A stretch of 64,000 bases of DNA from Acidobacteriota bacterium (GTDB lineage Bacteria; Acidobacteriota; UBA6911; RPQK01; JAJDTT01): NCBI GenBank assembly GCA_965263035.1, contig OZ253580.1, forward strand, positions 6,080,001 to 6,144,000. The letters run 5' to 3'. Both the position numbers and the translations under genes were made by a program. Of the stretch, positions 49,140-58,834 are shown piece by piece (positions within the stretch are counted from its first letter, which is position 1; each line of letters begins with the position of its first letter). Below the pieces are notes generated by a model that made no database searches, had not been told where the DNA came from, and was given only the letters and a program-made list of their open reading frames with translations.

Positions 49140-50449
49140 GTTCGGTTCCCTACCCCGCAAAAGACGGTTCCCTACCCCGGAACTGGGACCTGTCCCCGCC
49201 GGCGACGGCCCGTTCCATCATCGACGAATTCAAGCATCAGATGGAATTGGGACTGGCGGCGGACCGCTCCGGTTCCCTGGCCATGATCCGGACCTTCATT
49301 CCAAAAACGGCCCGTTTTCATCCGGGAACCTATGTGGGTCTGGACATGAGCGGCACCAACTTCCGGATCGTCGTGCTCTCGGTCAACCCGGATCAGACTC
49401 TTGCCGGACACCCTCGAATCCGGATCTTTCCCATTCCCTCGAGGCTCAAATACGGAAAGGCGGGCCGCAAAGCCCATTCCCGGGACCTCTTTCGATTCCT
49501 CGCTGCCGGCATCGCCCAGACGTTGGAGGAGAAGGGTATCGCCGCCTCCGGACTCCGGGTGGGGTTCACCTTCGCCTTCCCCACGCGCATGGAGTCGGCG
49601 GACCGGGGCGTGCTCCTGAAGTGGACCAAGGAGTGGGACCTGCCCGACCTGATTGGACGGGATCCGGTGCCGGAACTGGCCCGGGCCTGCCGGCAGGCCG
49701 GCCTGCAAGGAGTGAAGGTCAACGTCCTGCTGAACGACACGGTGGGAACCCTGATCCTGGGGTATTTCCGCGACCGCCGGACCCTCGCCGGAGGAATCCT
49801 GGGAACCGGGACCAACCTGGCCGCCTGGCTGGGGTCCACGGCCATCAATTTCGAGTGCGGCAACTTCGATTTCGGCCCTCTCCAGGATCGGATCCTCACG
49901 CTTGTCGACCGCGACCTGGACTCGCGGTCCAGAAATCCGGGACAGCAACGGTTCGAAAAGATGGTGGCCGGCCGTTACTTGGGCGGGCTTCTGCGCCGGC
50001 TTCTGGCCGGGACCCACCCGTCGGGACGATTCGCGGAGCGGGATTCCGTAGATGCGGAGGATCTCTCACGCCTGGCCGCGGATTCGGGGGATCTGCCGGA
50101 GACGCGCCGCTTTCTGGAACGACTGGGCGTGGAGGAAAATCTCGTGGGGCAGCGGCAACAGGCGGTCTCTCTGGCCCGCATGATACTGAGACGGTCGGCC
50201 CAGCTCAGTGCGCTGGCCATGATCGCCACGGCGGAATGGGTCGATCCGGGACTGACGGATCCCCACCTGATGACCGTGGACGGCTCCCTGTTCGAGCACG
50301 CTCCAGGTTATCCCGAGGCCATGCGCCGGATGTTCCGAAGTGTCCTCGGTTCCCGCGCCGATCGGATAGAATGCCGTCTGGTCAAGGACGGATCCGGAAT
50401 CGGCGCCGCCCTGGCCTCCTCTGCCGTGGAAGCCCGGGAGACGGTTTGA
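49136..50449 (+). CDS. Hexokinase (eukaryote-type hexokinase family)
   Basis: LDMSGTNFR, GFTFAFP, WTK, LNDTVGTL, ILGTGTN, FEKMVAGRYLG, VDGSLFE, DGSGIGAAL. Confidence 0.88.
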   Translation: MSSVPYPAKDGSLPRNWDLSPPATARSIIDEFKHQMELGLAADRSGSLAMIRTFIPKTARFHPGTYVGLDMSGTNFRIVVLSVNPDQTLAGHPRIRIFPIPSRLKYGKAGRKAHSRDLFRFLAAGIAQTLEEKGIAASGLRVGFTFAFPTRMESADRGVLLKWTKEWDLPDLIGRDPVPELARACRQAGLQGVKVNVLLNDTVGTLILGYFRDRRTLAGGILGTGTNLAAWLGSTAINFECGNFDFGPLQDRILTLVDRDLDSRSRNPGQQRFEKMVAGRYLGGLLRRLLAGTHPSGRFAERDSVDAEDLSRLAADSGDLPETRRFLERLGVEENLVGQRQQAVSLARMILRRSAQLSALAMIATAEWVDPGLTDPHLMTVDGSLFEHAPGYPEAMRRMFRSVLGSRADRIECRLVKDGSGIGAALASSAVEARETV

Positions 50450-50515
50450 ATGAAAGGGGGAATCTCTCGCGGAACCATCGGTTGACGCCCGGCGGTGATG
50501 CCTGGAGAAGCTGAC

Positions 50516-52210
50516 ATGTCGAGTCCGATCCGTCCGGCGGTGAGACGAATCCGGATCCTGTTTCTGGGCGGCCTGCTGATCTCGTTCGCCTATTCCATGC
50601 AACTGCGCCGCCACCGGCAGGTGGAAGTTCCGACGCCGTCGCCCCCTCCGGCGGTGGAAGTCGGAACCGACGCGGCAACCCTGAACCTGAAGCTCGTCGA
50701 GCGCGGCTCGGAAGCTCCCGTCAGCGCCACCGTGAGCGTCAACGGAGGAGCCGTCGAGGGGGAAAGGGCCTACCTGGAACACTCCCTGAGACTTTCCGCC
50801 AATCGGCACAAGGGACCGATCCGGTTCCGCCCGCTGAACTACTACTTTTTCGCCGACGGCACTCTCAGCCTGAAGGTCCCGCCCGGGCGGTGTACGGTGG
50901 AGGTCCGCAAGGGCTACGAATACATCCCCTCGCACCGCACCTTCGAGCTGGATCAGGGGCAGGTCCTGGACGCCACCGTCTCCCTCTCCCGCTGGATCGA
51001 CATGGCGGCCCTGGGCTGGTACTCGGGCGACACCCACATCCACTTCGAACGCACCGGAACCAACGACGACGACCTGCTGACTCTGACCTCGGCCCGGGAC
51101 ATCCGCTACGCTTTCAGTCTTTCCATGAACACCCGGGGCTACTCCCTGGGCAGGGCGTTCGAGTCGTGGCACCAGGCCCACGGTCTGGGCGACGGCTCCG
51201 TGCGCAACCGTGGCCCCTATTTCCTGACCTCCGGCCAGGAGTATCGAACCCGGACCCTGGGGCACGTCACCATCCTCATGGGCAGGGAATACGTCCCGGG
51301 AGCCGGTCACACTCGAAGCACCGACAGCGGGCCGTCGCTGGGAGTCATCGGCGATCAGGCCCGGAAGCTGGGGGGAGCGATCGGCCTCAATCACGGTGGC
51401 TACACGCGCCTGGAGGCGGACTCCCTGGCTCTTGCCGGCAAGATGGACTTCCTGGAGCTGCTCCAGTTCGGAGGCTATCGCGGGTTGGGTCTGGACGGAT
51501 GGTACGATTTCCTGAATCTGGGTTACCGCTGGCCCATCGTCGGCGCCTCCGACTATCCCTACACGCGCGAGTTGGGAGACTGCCTGACCTATGTGCGAGC
51601 TTCCCGTCCACCTACGCCCCGGGAATTCGTCGAGGGACTGGTCCGGGGAGAGAGCTTCGCCACCTCCGGCCCCATGCTTCGAGTGACCGTCAACGGGAAG
51701 CAGCCGGGCGAGTCGATCCTGGCCGAAGGGAAGACCGGATTGGAGCTGCAGGTGGAGATCCGAGTTTCCAGTCCCCTTTATCCGGTCCGTTACGTGGACC
51801 TGATCCGGAACGGACGCGTCGTCTCCCGGGAATTTGCAGCCGAAGGCCGAGCCTACTGGGAGCTGACCCGCCGGATCGAGGCCTCCTCCAGCGGTTGGGT
51901 GGCGGTGCGAGCTTATTCCGACGCCGGCACCGAGGCCCACTCCAATCCGGTCTACGTCTACCTGGACGGAAAACTCCCCTTCGATGACGACGCCTGCGGC
52001 CAGATTCTGGCCCGCCTGGACTCCTCCATCCGCACCATCCCCGAAGCGACCCTGGCCGAGCAGGTCCGAACCCTGCGGGACCGGCTGGCCCGTTACCGGG
52101 ATTCCGGCGATTCCCAGGGCCTGGCTCTACCCTCCGTCGCCCGGATCGCGGAGGCTGAGAGAAAACGATCCACCGCGGGTCCGGCGGCGAGAGGAGCGAC
52201 GTCGAGATGA
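50516..52210 (+). CDS. CehA/McbA-like PHP-fold metallohydrolase, paralog 1
   Basis: GWYSGDTHIH, GQEYR..LGH, WYDFLNLG, GASD, FATSGP, AHSNPVYV. Confidence 0.8.
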   Translation: MSSPIRPAVRRIRILFLGGLLISFAYSMQLRRHRQVEVPTPSPPPAVEVGTDAATLNLKLVERGSEAPVSATVSVNGGAVEGERAYLEHSLRLSANRHKGPIRFRPLNYYFFADGTLSLKVPPGRCTVEVRKGYEYIPSHRTFELDQGQVLDATVSLSRWIDMAALGWYSGDTHIHFERTGTNDDDLLTLTSARDIRYAFSLSMNTRGYSLGRAFESWHQAHGLGDGSVRNRGPYFLTSGQEYRTRTLGHVTILMGREYVPGAGHTRSTDSGPSLGVIGDQARKLGGAIGLNHGGYTRLEADSLALAGKMDFLELLQFGGYRGLGLDGWYDFLNLGYRWPIVGASDYPYTRELGDCLTYVRASRPPTPREFVEGLVRGESFATSGPMLRVTVNGKQPGESILAEGKTGLELQVEIRVSSPLYPVRYVDLIRNGRVVSREFAAEGRAYWELTRRIEASSSGWVAVRAYSDAGTEAHSNPVYVYLDGKLPFDDDACGQILARLDSSIRTIPEATLAEQVRTLRDRLARYRDSGDSQGLALPSVARIAEAERKRSTAGPAARGATSR

Positions 52211-53841
52211 GCCGGTCGGGCCGGACACGCCTGCGGCTGATTCTCCCCTTTGCCGGGTTGCTGTTTCTGACCTTCGTCCACTCCATGCAGACCCGCCGCA
52301 AGGCCCAGATCAGCGAGGATCATCCCCTTCCGCCTCCCCTGCCGGATCCCGGCCCCGACGCCGCCACGCTCCAGCTGTGGATCGTCGACGGGCGGACCGG
52401 ACGCCCGGTCAGCGGCACGGTCAGCATCAACGGAGGCACCCAGGAGCCCCAAGAGGATCCTTATCTCCCCTACTCGCTGCGCCGTACCAACGGAGAGCGG
52501 CAGGGGCCCATGCGGTTCCGGAAACTCGACGACTACTTCTTCACCGATGGCTCCGTCAGCGTCCGGGTCCCTCCCGGCCAGTGTGTGGTGGAGGCCGGCA
52601 AGGGGTACGAATACCAACGGACCCGCCGCGTCTTTCAACTGGCGAAGCAAGAGGTCCGCCAAGCCACGATTGCCGTTTCCCGCTGGATCGACATGGCGGA
52701 GCTGGGCTGGTACTCGGGCGACACCCACATCCATTTCGAGCGGGACGGAAGCAACGACGATCGGCTGCTGGTGCTCACCTCCGCCAAGGGAATCCGCTAT
52801 GCCTACAGCCTGTCCATGAACACGGGCGGGTATGCCCTGGGCCGGGAGTTCGAATCGTGGCGCCAAGCCCATGGTCTCGGACCGGCGTCCGACGTGAGGC
52901 GGGGAGATTATTTCCTGTCGTCGGGCCAGGAGTACCGCAACTCCTCCATGGGACACGTCACCATCGTTCTGGCCGATGATTACGTGCCGGCCCAGGGATG
53001 GTCCGCGAACGCCAACCTGGGACCTTCACTGGCCGTCATCGGCGATCAGGCCCGGGAACTGGGCGGCTACATGGGCCTCAATCACGGCGGGTACTACCGC
53101 CGGGAGGCCGACTATCTGGGCCTCACCGGCAAATCGGACTTCCTGGAACTGCTGCAGTTGGGCGGTTACCGCGGCCTGAGACTGGATGGCTGGTACGATT
53201 TCCTGAACCTGGGGTACCGCTGGCCCATCGTGGGCGCCTCCGACTTCCCCTACAGCCGGGAATTGGGGGACAGCCTCACCTACGTCTTCTCGGAGACGGA
53301 ACCGACGCCGCGCAGTTTCATGGAGGGCGTGGTCCAGGGACGCAGCTTCGTCACCAGCGGTCCCATGCTTCTGGTCTCGGTCAACGGGAAGGGTCCGGGA
53401 GAATCGCTTCATTTCCCGGGCGACCAGCCCGCCGGTCTGGAGTTGGAGGTCCGGGTCCGGAGCCCGCTCTATCCGGTCCGGTACCTGGAGATCGTGTGGA
53501 ACGGAAGGGTCGTCTCCCGGTATTTCGACGCGGAGGGACGAAGCGTCTGGGACCATGCCGAAAGGCTTCGGGTCACCGAGAGCGGTTGGGTGGCCGTGAG
53601 GGTCCAGGGAGATCCGGGAACCGAAGCTCACTCCAACCCGGTCTATGTCGATGTCGAAGGCCGGTTGCCCTTCGACGACGACGCCTGCGGGCAGATTCTG
53701 GCGCGCCTGGAGGGCTCCATACGCTCGGCCATGACTCCCCAGATTCGGGAGCGGTACCGGGACATCCACGCCCGTTTGAAGCGCTATCGAGAAACCCGGG
53801 ACGCCGCTGGACTGGCACTTCCCGCGAATCTCCGGCCCTGA
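52207..53841 (+). CDS. CehA/McbA-like PHP-fold metallohydrolase, paralog 2
   Basis: Colinear tandem paralog; 4-nt overlap with paralog 1. Confidence 0.8.
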   Translation: MSRSGRTRLRLILPFAGLLFLTFVHSMQTRRKAQISEDHPLPPPLPDPGPDAATLQLWIVDGRTGRPVSGTVSINGGTQEPQEDPYLPYSLRRTNGERQGPMRFRKLDDYFFTDGSVSVRVPPGQCVVEAGKGYEYQRTRRVFQLAKQEVRQATIAVSRWIDMAELGWYSGDTHIHFERDGSNDDRLLVLTSAKGIRYAYSLSMNTGGYALGREFESWRQAHGLGPASDVRRGDYFLSSGQEYRNSSMGHVTIVLADDYVPAQGWSANANLGPSLAVIGDQARELGGYMGLNHGGYYRREADYLGLTGKSDFLELLQLGGYRGLRLDGWYDFLNLGYRWPIVGASDFPYSRELGDSLTYVFSETEPTPRSFMEGVVQGRSFVTSGPMLLVSVNGKGPGESLHFPGDQPAGLELEVRVRSPLYPVRYLEIVWNGRVVSRYFDAEGRSVWDHAERLRVTESGWVAVRVQGDPGTEAHSNPVYVDVEGRLPFDDDACGQILARLEGSIRSAMTPQIRERYRDIHARLKRYRETRDAAGLALPANLRP

Positions 53842-53845
53842 TTAG

Positions 53846-54006
53846 CAGTCCGTGGTGAAAGTCCCACGCAGCACCGAGACCGGGGCTGCGCCCGCCGGAC
53901 AAGGCGCTTCGGAGGGAGCATACCGGGAGTATGTGACCGAGGAGCAACGCAGTCCGCGCACGATGCAGACCCGGTCGAATGCCGTGACGACTTTTGCCAC
54001 GGGCTG
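53846..54006 (+). mobile_element. MITE family B, copy 3
   Basis: Homologous to other B copies; TSD TTAG. Confidence 0.88.
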
Positions 54007-54039
54007 TTAGGGCTCTGCAATCGACCGATCGGCCGTTTC

Positions 54040-54714
54040 ATGAAGGCGTTGCACTCCTGGGACCTCACTCCGAAGCAGGCGGTCCAACTCCAGAAGCGGC
54101 TTCGCTCTCGCATCCACACCGATCTGCCCTTGTCTGACCCGGGAAGAATCGCCGGCGTGGACGTGGGGTACAGCCGGTCCCTCGGCCTTTCCGTCGCGAC
54201 CGCGACGGTCCTTTCGTTCCCCTCCCTGGAACTTGTGGAATCGGCGGTGGCCACTACTCCCACGCCATTTCCGTACGTCCCGGGATTGCTGAGCTTTCGG
54301 GAGCTGCCCCCCATTCTGGAGGCCCTCGACCAGCTCTCGGCGCCGCCGGAGATGATCCTGGTGGACGGCCATGGACGGGCCCATCCCAGGCGATTCGGCA
54401 TCGCCTGCCACCTGGGCCTGTGGCTCCGGATTCCCACCATCGGCGTGGGCAAAACCCGCCTCTGCGGAGAGTACGAGGAGCCGGGTCTGACCAAGGGATC
54501 GGCCAGTCCCCTGCGAGACGGATCCGAAACTCTGGGTGTGGTCCTGCGCACCCGCACCCGGGTCCGGCCCGTCTTCGTTTCGGTGGGATACGGGCTGCCC
54601 CTGGAAGCCTGCGTGAATTGGACCCTGGCCGTCACTCCCCGTTACCGAATTCCCGAACCGGTCCGCCAAGCCCACAACTTGGCGGCCCGGCAGACCGGGA
54701 ACCGGCCGTGTTAG
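54040..54714 (+). CDS. nfi: Endonuclease V (deoxyinosine 3' endonuclease)
   Basis: AGVDV, FPYVPGLLSFRE, VDGHGRAHPRRFGIACHLG, IGVGK, YRIPEPVRQAH. Confidence 0.95.
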   Translation: MKALHSWDLTPKQAVQLQKRLRSRIHTDLPLSDPGRIAGVDVGYSRSLGLSVATATVLSFPSLELVESAVATTPTPFPYVPGLLSFRELPPILEALDQLSAPPEMILVDGHGRAHPRRFGIACHLGLWLRIPTIGVGKTRLCGEYEEPGLTKGSASPLRDGSETLGVVLRTRTRVRPVFVSVGYGLPLEACVNWTLAVTPRYRIPEPVRQAHNLAARQTGNRPC

Positions 54715-54877
54715 GAGTCTGCGCGGTAGAAATGATCGTAGCGAGAAAGTGGGGAATCGAGGCCGGATTTTCTCGTTTTGGAGGTGCATAGTTGTTCTAT
54801 TCGCCGAGAAATCGGGGAAATATGGACCGATCCTACCGCTTTCGCAGTAGATCAATTTCTGCGGCGCAGGCTCCTAG
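54711..54877 (+). mobile_element. MITE family A, copy 3
   Basis: Homologous to 1627-1793; inserted at the nfi stop codon (TTAG/CTAG flanks). Confidence 0.88.
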
Positions 54878-54886
54878 GTCCGTATA

Positions 54887-56161
54887 ATGGCCCCCATGCC
54901 TGATCGAGAGGAAACCGAATCTGTACTGGCTCCCCTGGGACTCCACCGTCCTTCCGAGCTGATCTACCGAGCCTGCTACGCGCCGGTGGACTTGGCGGGT
55001 CTGCTGGAGACGGCGGAGAACCGCTCCCGGATCCGGCGCCTGTCCGTGCCCCAGCTCTATTTCGGACTCAAGGAGCTGGGCGAGCACCAGGTCCACGCGC
55101 TGCTGCCCCACATCACCGAGACGCAATGGCAGGGGGTTCTGGATCTCGATCTCTGGAATCGGGACCGGGCCAACGCGGGTAAGTTTCTCTTCTGGGCGGG
55201 GCAGATCATCCAAGCCGAGAACCCGGTGGCCGCCAAGATCGTCCGGGGCACGGACCGTCAACTTCTGGAACTCTGGTTCAAACGCCGGATCAGGATCGAG
55301 GAGATCGTCGAGGACGATCCGGGACTCGCTCCGAAAGGCGACTTTATGGAAACGCCGGACCGCTCCTTTCTGGTCCATCTGCCCAGGAACCCGGAGGAAT
55401 CCCGGCTCGCTCGCGGCCTGCTGTTGAAGCTGTACGAGTTGAGCCCGGAGGAGACCAGCCTCTGGATCCAGGAATCCCGGTACCGGACCTCCATCGAGCT
55501 GGAGGAGAGCGCCTACCAGAATCGGAAACGGCGGATCGAGGTCATGGGATTCCAGGACTACTTCGACGCCTTGGACGTGTATACCTATCTTCCTCACGGA
55601 ACGCCGCTTCCAGAGAAAATACGGGACAAATTGCGAGCCGTCGGCACCCTGCCCGCGCCAGTCGCCCGGATGAAGTCGGGTCCCCTTCTCCTGTTCCAGG
55701 CCCTGGCCGCCTTCGCCCGGCCCCACGAGTTGGAACCGCTGATGGAGGAGCTGTTCTTCGTCTGCAACAAGATCCTCTCCGCCGACCGGACGCCTCCCAA
55801 CCGAACCTCCCGGGTGAAGCGGGCCATTCGCAAGGCGCTCAGCGGCATCAACCTGGGACTGGAGATCTGGGCCGAAGGAGACCTGAACCGTGCTCGGGAC
55901 GGACTCAGGCGCCACTACCTGCAGTCCTTCTTCCATACCGGCTACAGCCGGTTGGTGGAACTGCGCGACCGGGCCCGAGAGATTCGAGCGCAGGTCCCCC
56001 TCGAACCCGGGTCACCGCTGGATGACGCCCTGGCGGAGCTGGCCCGGAATTATCCGCTTCTGCTGGTGGAGATCCGGGAAAAGAGGCGGCGGCGATTCCT
56101 CAAGAACACCGCGGACCTGGAACGCGCCAGCGGTTATCTGGCGGCGGCCCAAGAGGCGTAG
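54887..56161 (+). CDS. Conserved hypothetical protein (DUF6178-like)
   Basis: 424-aa ORF; LDLDLW, ELEESAYQNRKRRIEVMGF, INLGLE, FHTGY recalled for this family. Confidence 0.6.
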   Translation: MAPMPDREETESVLAPLGLHRPSELIYRACYAPVDLAGLLETAENRSRIRRLSVPQLYFGLKELGEHQVHALLPHITETQWQGVLDLDLWNRDRANAGKFLFWAGQIIQAENPVAAKIVRGTDRQLLELWFKRRIRIEEIVEDDPGLAPKGDFMETPDRSFLVHLPRNPEESRLARGLLLKLYELSPEETSLWIQESRYRTSIELEESAYQNRKRRIEVMGFQDYFDALDVYTYLPHGTPLPEKIRDKLRAVGTLPAPVARMKSGPLLLFQALAAFARPHELEPLMEELFFVCNKILSADRTPPNRTSRVKRAIRKALSGINLGLEIWAEGDLNRARDGLRRHYLQSFFHTGYSRLVELRDRAREIRAQVPLEPGSPLDDALAELARNYPLLLVEIREKRRRRFLKNTADLERASGYLAAAQEA

Positions 56162-56175
56162 GGGCGCCCCTCGTG

Positions 56176-56564
56176 GGTACGGTGGTTCGCCGGGAGCGTT
56201 CATTTATCCAGACTTGATGATACGAGTGAGGTTTTCTCCAGAAGTTAACTTAAGATTTGTTCATCTTTTCTGTGTATCTCCGGTGGCTAGGAGCTACTTT
56301 TCGGAGAATACAACAGGGGCGCAGAAGACCATGTCTAAGATTAATCAGGCTATTCTTCGAGCCTTGCCGATTCCCCTTCCGCCCCTCTCCGAGCAACGCC
56401 GCATCGTCGCCACGGTCGATGAACTCATGGCGCTCTGCGACCGGCTGGAGACCGGTCTTGCTACCGCAGATGGCACTCGCAATCGCCTTCTCGAATCCCT
56501 TCTGCATGACGCTCTGGCATTCGCCATATACGAAGCCGCGATCGCCAGGAGGGTTGAGGCATGA
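56176..56564 (+). pseudogene. hsdS: Type I R-M specificity subunit (HsdS) C-terminal remnant
   Basis: KINQAIL..LPIPLPPLSEQRRIVATVDELMALCDRLE; no N-terminus or start. Confidence 0.75.
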
Positions 56565-56673
56565 AGTACCTGGGCCGCGAGGGCACGAAGGGGAGACACC
56601 CCAACCAGGCGCTAGACTACTGCGGTGCGCGCTACGTCCGGTCCAGCCGGGATGGTGTCGCGAGGATAAGGGT

Positions 56674-56930
56674 ATGATCCGCGTCCCAGTGCCCCCGAGA
56701 TGTTTCGCTGGGCCTGCGAACGTGCCGGCTACGACATAACGCACGTTGTGGAGCGCATGCCACAACTCCCGGCCTGGGTCCGACGCGAGAGACAGCTGAC
56801 GCTGAAGCAGCGGGAGAAGCTGGCCAAACTTACGCATACGCCGCTCGGCTACCTGTTCCTCCCCGAGCCCCCCGACGAATGCCTCCCGGTTCCTGACTAT
56901 CGCACCTCACGGATGGATCAGGTGTGGTGA
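56674..56930 (+). pseudogene. Truncated XRE-HTH / ImmA-IrrE family protein
   Basis: RWACERAG, TLKQ.EKLAK..HTPLGYLFLPEPP..LPVPDYRT; frameshift near the start; no peptidase domain. Confidence 0.65.
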
Positions 56931-56973
56931 TGAGGGGTGACACCGCGAGGAAGAGGCTCCCAAGAGAGGTTCG

Positions 56974-58164
56974 CTACTGGGCGCGACGTGGACGCCTCGC
57001 TCTAGGCCGCAGGGTTAGCACCGTTTCAATGCGCATGCGGGTATCCAGAGCGTTCATGCCCTCGCCCGGCGGCGGCAAGTAGCGCCGCCGCGCGGGTATT
57101 TCCCGGATTCGTCGGTCTTGGACTCGGAAGCCAACCCTCATGGCCAACGCCTCGATCAGCGCCGCGTTGTTGACTATCGTCCCACGAATGAACGAGTTGC
57201 CGAGAACCATAACGACGTGCCCAGTCTGTTTGACGGTTCTGTGGACCTGCTTCAGTACGGCCTCCATGTCTGCCGCGTATCGCCGAATCCATCCCAAGTG
57301 GCGGGAACCGATGGTCGAGCCCTCAGCCTTCACCAAATAGGGTGAGAGCTCCAGCGACATCGCCGACGGCGAGAGAATTCTCTCTGCCCCGACGTTCGAG
57401 GCACGCGTGTGTCTCAGCGACGCCATCACATGCCCCATCCATACCAAGGCCAATCTGTGACCCCGGATGTAGTCGATTGCGTTCAGGTAAGGTGGCGATG
57501 TCAGCACTAGGTCGAATCCTTCGTCGCTAATGCCTTCAAGCGTACGTGCGTCACCAAGGCAAATGTTCGCCTTGCCAACGATGAGATCGGGTAGTAGTCG
57601 GCGGGCGACAAGCTGAGCGGACTGTCGGAACCCAGGATACACATCGAAAGGGTTCTCCTCGGCAACCTTATGCGGCCGGCTGTGCGATGTGTCTCGTGCC
57701 AAAGATGCCATCATCTCCTTCGAAACGATGATTCTGCTCAGTGCGATCATCAAAGCTTGCTTTGTCGGTCCATCATGCCGTCCAAGAACCGTCGTAAGCC
57801 TTGCGATTTCGTCTTCCTGCTTGGCTGCGAACCAATAGAAGATGAACTTCCGGGTCTCGGCATCGGCCGGCCGCTGGACCGCGCTGGAAGAGAGCGACTC
57901 CGCTCTCTTCACGAGATCCCCAGCATCGACACGTATATCCTCTGGATCCAAACGACTGGTCCATACTTGGGACATCATCACGGCCAAAGGATCGATGTCA
58001 ATGCCGACGCACCTGAGGCCTGTTTCTACGGCCGCGCGTGGAACAGTCCCGGAACCACACATCGGATCCAGAACCTGACCGCCTGGGGGAACCATCTTGA
58101 GCGCGTCACGTGCCAATTCCGGTGCCATGCGAGCCGGAAACGGATGTATGGTAGCGAGTTCCAT
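56974..58164 (-). CDS. Amino-DNA methyltransferase (probably N4-cytosine)
   Basis: IHPFPARM, LDPMCGSGT (SAM binding), TSPPY catalytic motif. Confidence 0.85.
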   Translation of the reverse strand: MELATIHPFPARMAPELARDALKMVPPGGQVLDPMCGSGTVPRAAVETGLRCVGIDIDPLAVMMSQVWTSRLDPEDIRVDAGDLVKRAESLSSSAVQRPADAETRKFIFYWFAAKQEDEIARLTTVLGRHDGPTKQALMIALSRIIVSKEMMASLARDTSHSRPHKVAEENPFDVYPGFRQSAQLVARRLLPDLIVGKANICLGDARTLEGISDEGFDLVLTSPPYLNAIDYIRGHRLALVWMGHVMASLRHTRASNVGAERILSPSAMSLELSPYLVKAEGSTIGSRHLGWIRRYAADMEAVLKQVHRTVKQTGHVVMVLGNSFIRGTIVNNAALIEALAMRVGFRVQDRRIREIPARRRYLPPPGEGMNALDTRMRIETVLTLRPRARRPRRAQ

Positions 58165-58834
58165 TACTTAGGCTCCAGCTGACCGTGTCCATCTGGCGAA
58201 TCCATTTTCCCAATCTGTCGGTCAAGCTCCGCCAGGATCTGCTCCCCTGTCTGATACATTACAACATCATCAGAATCGTCTACCTGAAGCCATCTCTCAC
58301 CGATAATGTTCTCCACCGCCTTCAGGCGGGCGGTCAGCCGACTCGGCGAAAATTCTCGTAGGCCCGGGGTCATTACACGAGCGACTTTAACGTTCGGTAC
58401 AGCCTTTTTGTCATTCTTCAAGCGCTCAAGTGCCTCGATCAAGAAGGCGAGAGGGATTTCACTTTTCGAGAGGCTGTGTTGCTTTTCACCTATCCACTGG
58501 TCTACATGAGCGACGGTACGGCACTCTTCGAACATGTTCCAAAGGTCCGTCAGAGTCAGGCCATGGTGAAAGTGCAACCGGATCAGGCGATCCAGATGTA
58601 CAATCTTGAGCAAGGTCAGGTACCGATAGGCTTTTCGGCGCGGTTCCGGGAACATCTTTCGATTAACCTTTCCCGCCGGATCGTCTTCCGCTGCGTACTT
58701 GGCCGCGATAAAGAAGCCGTACGCTGCGCATTCCTGCGAACGAAAGTCTTCCAGGCTCGATGGATCAATTTTGTCCGCCGGCACGGATGGTTTGTCGGTG
58801 TGCTTCGCATCGTAGACTAGCTTATAGTCCCTAT

